Translations under genes and position numbers: made by a program
In this document: positions 61,707 to 64,000 of the stretch, one piece after another
Position numbering within the stretch: position 1 is the first letter of the stretch
Layout: each line of letters begins with the position of its first letter
Source: Phoronis australis
Taxonomy: Eukaryota > Animalia > Phoronida
DNA length: 64,000 nt
Assembly (NCBI GenBank): GCA_002633005.1
Contig: NMRA01000008.1
Span: 1,069,974-1,133,973 of the forward strand
Direction of reading: 5' to 3'
The notes under the pieces: generated by a model
Seen by the model: the letters and a program-made list of their open reading frames with translations, nothing else
Databases searched by the model: none
What the model was told of the DNA's origin: nothing

Positions 61707-64000
61707 TACTTACATAGAACGCGAACGCACGGTGTGCAGCACTGGTGGTTTACCAGAGATGTGTTATAAGAACAGAAATGGTATTTTTTCCTGGAAGCGC
61801 TCTGCTAATGAGGCCCTTTTCTTGAGTTCATTCTCTGAATCTCCCACTTCCACACATCCGTTAACGTAGAAGGGTTCCTCCAATTTGAACGCTGAGGCCA
61901 TTTCGCGCTAATGTTAAAAGTTTCATTTCGCCCTGTTTAGCTGGCTAAAAAACGAAAATCAAATCTGGCTTCTTATTCTCAGAGTTTATAGAGGTTGGCC
62001 AACCGTAAAATTGCAAATTCGAAAATGGCGTATGCATGCTTACGCATCGCCTGTGACCCTAGAACGCGACTCATTCGGTAACAATTCAAGATCGAAAGAG
62101 CGTGGTAATATTTCTAAATTACAAACCCCTTCGATTAAGAATTCAACATTGACAGTGCCCATTTAATATGCCCCCCGAAAATTAGCCTCGTTGATACGAC
62201 CAGGTGTTCCCTTAGACTCCCCTCTCCCGCTATCGATTCGGGTTCTGATGCATCACTCATTTCAGTGCCACACTGTTGGGTATTTCCGTCTATTACACTC
62301 TCATTACACCAGAAATGTTCTCTTATTTTTCGAAGAAGGGCGTGGTGAAATAAGTGTCGAAGCAAAGCACTTAGTAATTATAATGTCATTACTGCCGTGG
62401 TAAAAGCCCCTGTACTAGTCATAGTTTTAGGCATTAATCATACGAGGGACTGGGTCAAATGAACTGAACCCTCATTCGTAATTGGTCCTCAGGAACATTG
62501 TCTCAAACCCCCTGGCCAGTACTCTTTTGGATATCCAAAAGAATTTGAAATAGAACGACTGCAGCCTAATTCAACTCCAGTTGCCGGGTAATGAGAGCAA
62601 CTGTGCTGAATTTCGAATGCTAACTAGCTTTAACAAAAAACCTCGAAATGAGTTTCGCCCAACTACACTCATGTCACTCTTAGGAGTTGTGCTGGAACAC
62701 TGTTTTTCCTTGAAAATAAACGAATGCCGCTCACAGACAGGTCATACTACAAACACCAAAAACCACGAAGGCGAAAGCTGCGTGAGGCTTCATGCATCTG
62801 TTTTACGTATATATATATATATAACATGCCTGAGTTATCGAATTTAATATGGAGGTTTCCTTGAAATTTCCCAGTTTCGTGTTTGTCGCAAGGCTTGGCA
62901 AACAAGTGCCTTTGCGAATAACAAACATTTTAAATGCGTTAGATGTTTACCCTTGACTCTCACAAGAAGAGCAAATACGATACCAAACAAGCCTCGTTCT
63001 CGATGCGATGGCCCACAAGTGTGTAAGACGACTGGCTGACATTACAAAAGCACCACCGTCAGGAATTACTCCCCGGGAGCTCTTCCATAGGTCGAAGGGG
63101 TATTTTCGGAAGAGAGACTCTCCCGGTGTATTCATTCGTGTGAACTCACCAAAACAAATTGCGACGCAGGACTCTTGCGAGGGAAGCTACTGTGATCACG
63201 TGCTTTATCTGTAAAGCGTGGTGATGACGTCGCGAAAACTTGCACGTTCTTGAGTTTTTGCAAGTTTTATGGAACGGGCAGTTGATCTCCATTGTGGAAA
63301 TTCCGCATCGTTACTTTTGCCAAAATAGAACAATTGTTCTCATTTAATATTCTAGAACTGTCAACTACACATGGACCTTTACAGCACAACTAAAAATCGA
63401 AGTGCATTTCAGCAGACCCGATTTCATTGTCGTTCGCTTTATGGCCTGTGGGCTTCAATAACAATTCATGGTGCTGACCAAAGGGCATTTTCAATAGGCA
63501 CGTTCAGATAATGTACTATGTCAAGGTGGATGACTTATTGATTTGATCTTTTTAACGATAAGAGATATAATTTGTTTTTCTTATCAAAATGCTTGTGTTT
63601 GAACGTGAATGCTATAAACTGACAACAAGCTGTGAGTACGGTTGGTCTTTAGTAAGACTGGGTTATTACCAAATAAGCTCGTGCAGTGACAATCTAATTG
63701 TACTGCCAGCAATTTTGACGCCGAAACCCATGCAAACTGTCGTTGACTTGCATAACGCTATCATAAAACGTCCATCATAGGCAAGGATTTGGGGCATGAG
63801 AACCCGGAATGAGAACACGCCCAGCATGGATTACCCTTTGTTAACCATGTGAAAAGGGCGTTGTTATTGTTGTAAACGGAAAATGAGCCGGCGATGTGTC
63901 ACTCTGTCTAGACGCGACTGTTGTTTTATGAAAAAATCATCTTCCTTCAATTATCTGTGTCTGACACACAGGAGGTCTCGATGATTTAGGAACATCCATC

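Overview
AT-rich animal genomic DNA from an invertebrate, probably a lophotrochozoan (inferred from the repeat and GPCR families). The draft assembly has a few short N junctions. The backbone is a complete minus-strand KANSL3 (NSL complex subunit 3) gene: 13 phase-consistent GT-AG coding exons from 46460 to 1792, about 914 aa, built by hand. Its ~25 kb first coding intron holds two intact intronless peptide-receptor-like class A GPCR genes on the opposite strand and several apparently decayed GPCR relics, suggesting a hidden birth-and-death receptor cluster. Notable repeats: (1) a Helentron-associated (HINE-like) element whose ~150/450 bp core carries 11 co-oriented CTCF-like motifs; (2) a 46-bp minisatellite built from a KANSL3 exon end plus its splice donor; (3) a TRIM-type LTR element with tRNA-like Pol III boxes in its LTRs and a nested DNA element; (4) a decayed Penelope-like element; (5) several MITEs. 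Two apparent local duplications, one containing a KANSL3 exon, are best explained as co-assembled alleles. Nothing coding is recognisable from 54.4 to 64 kb. All calls were made by eye; no searches were run.
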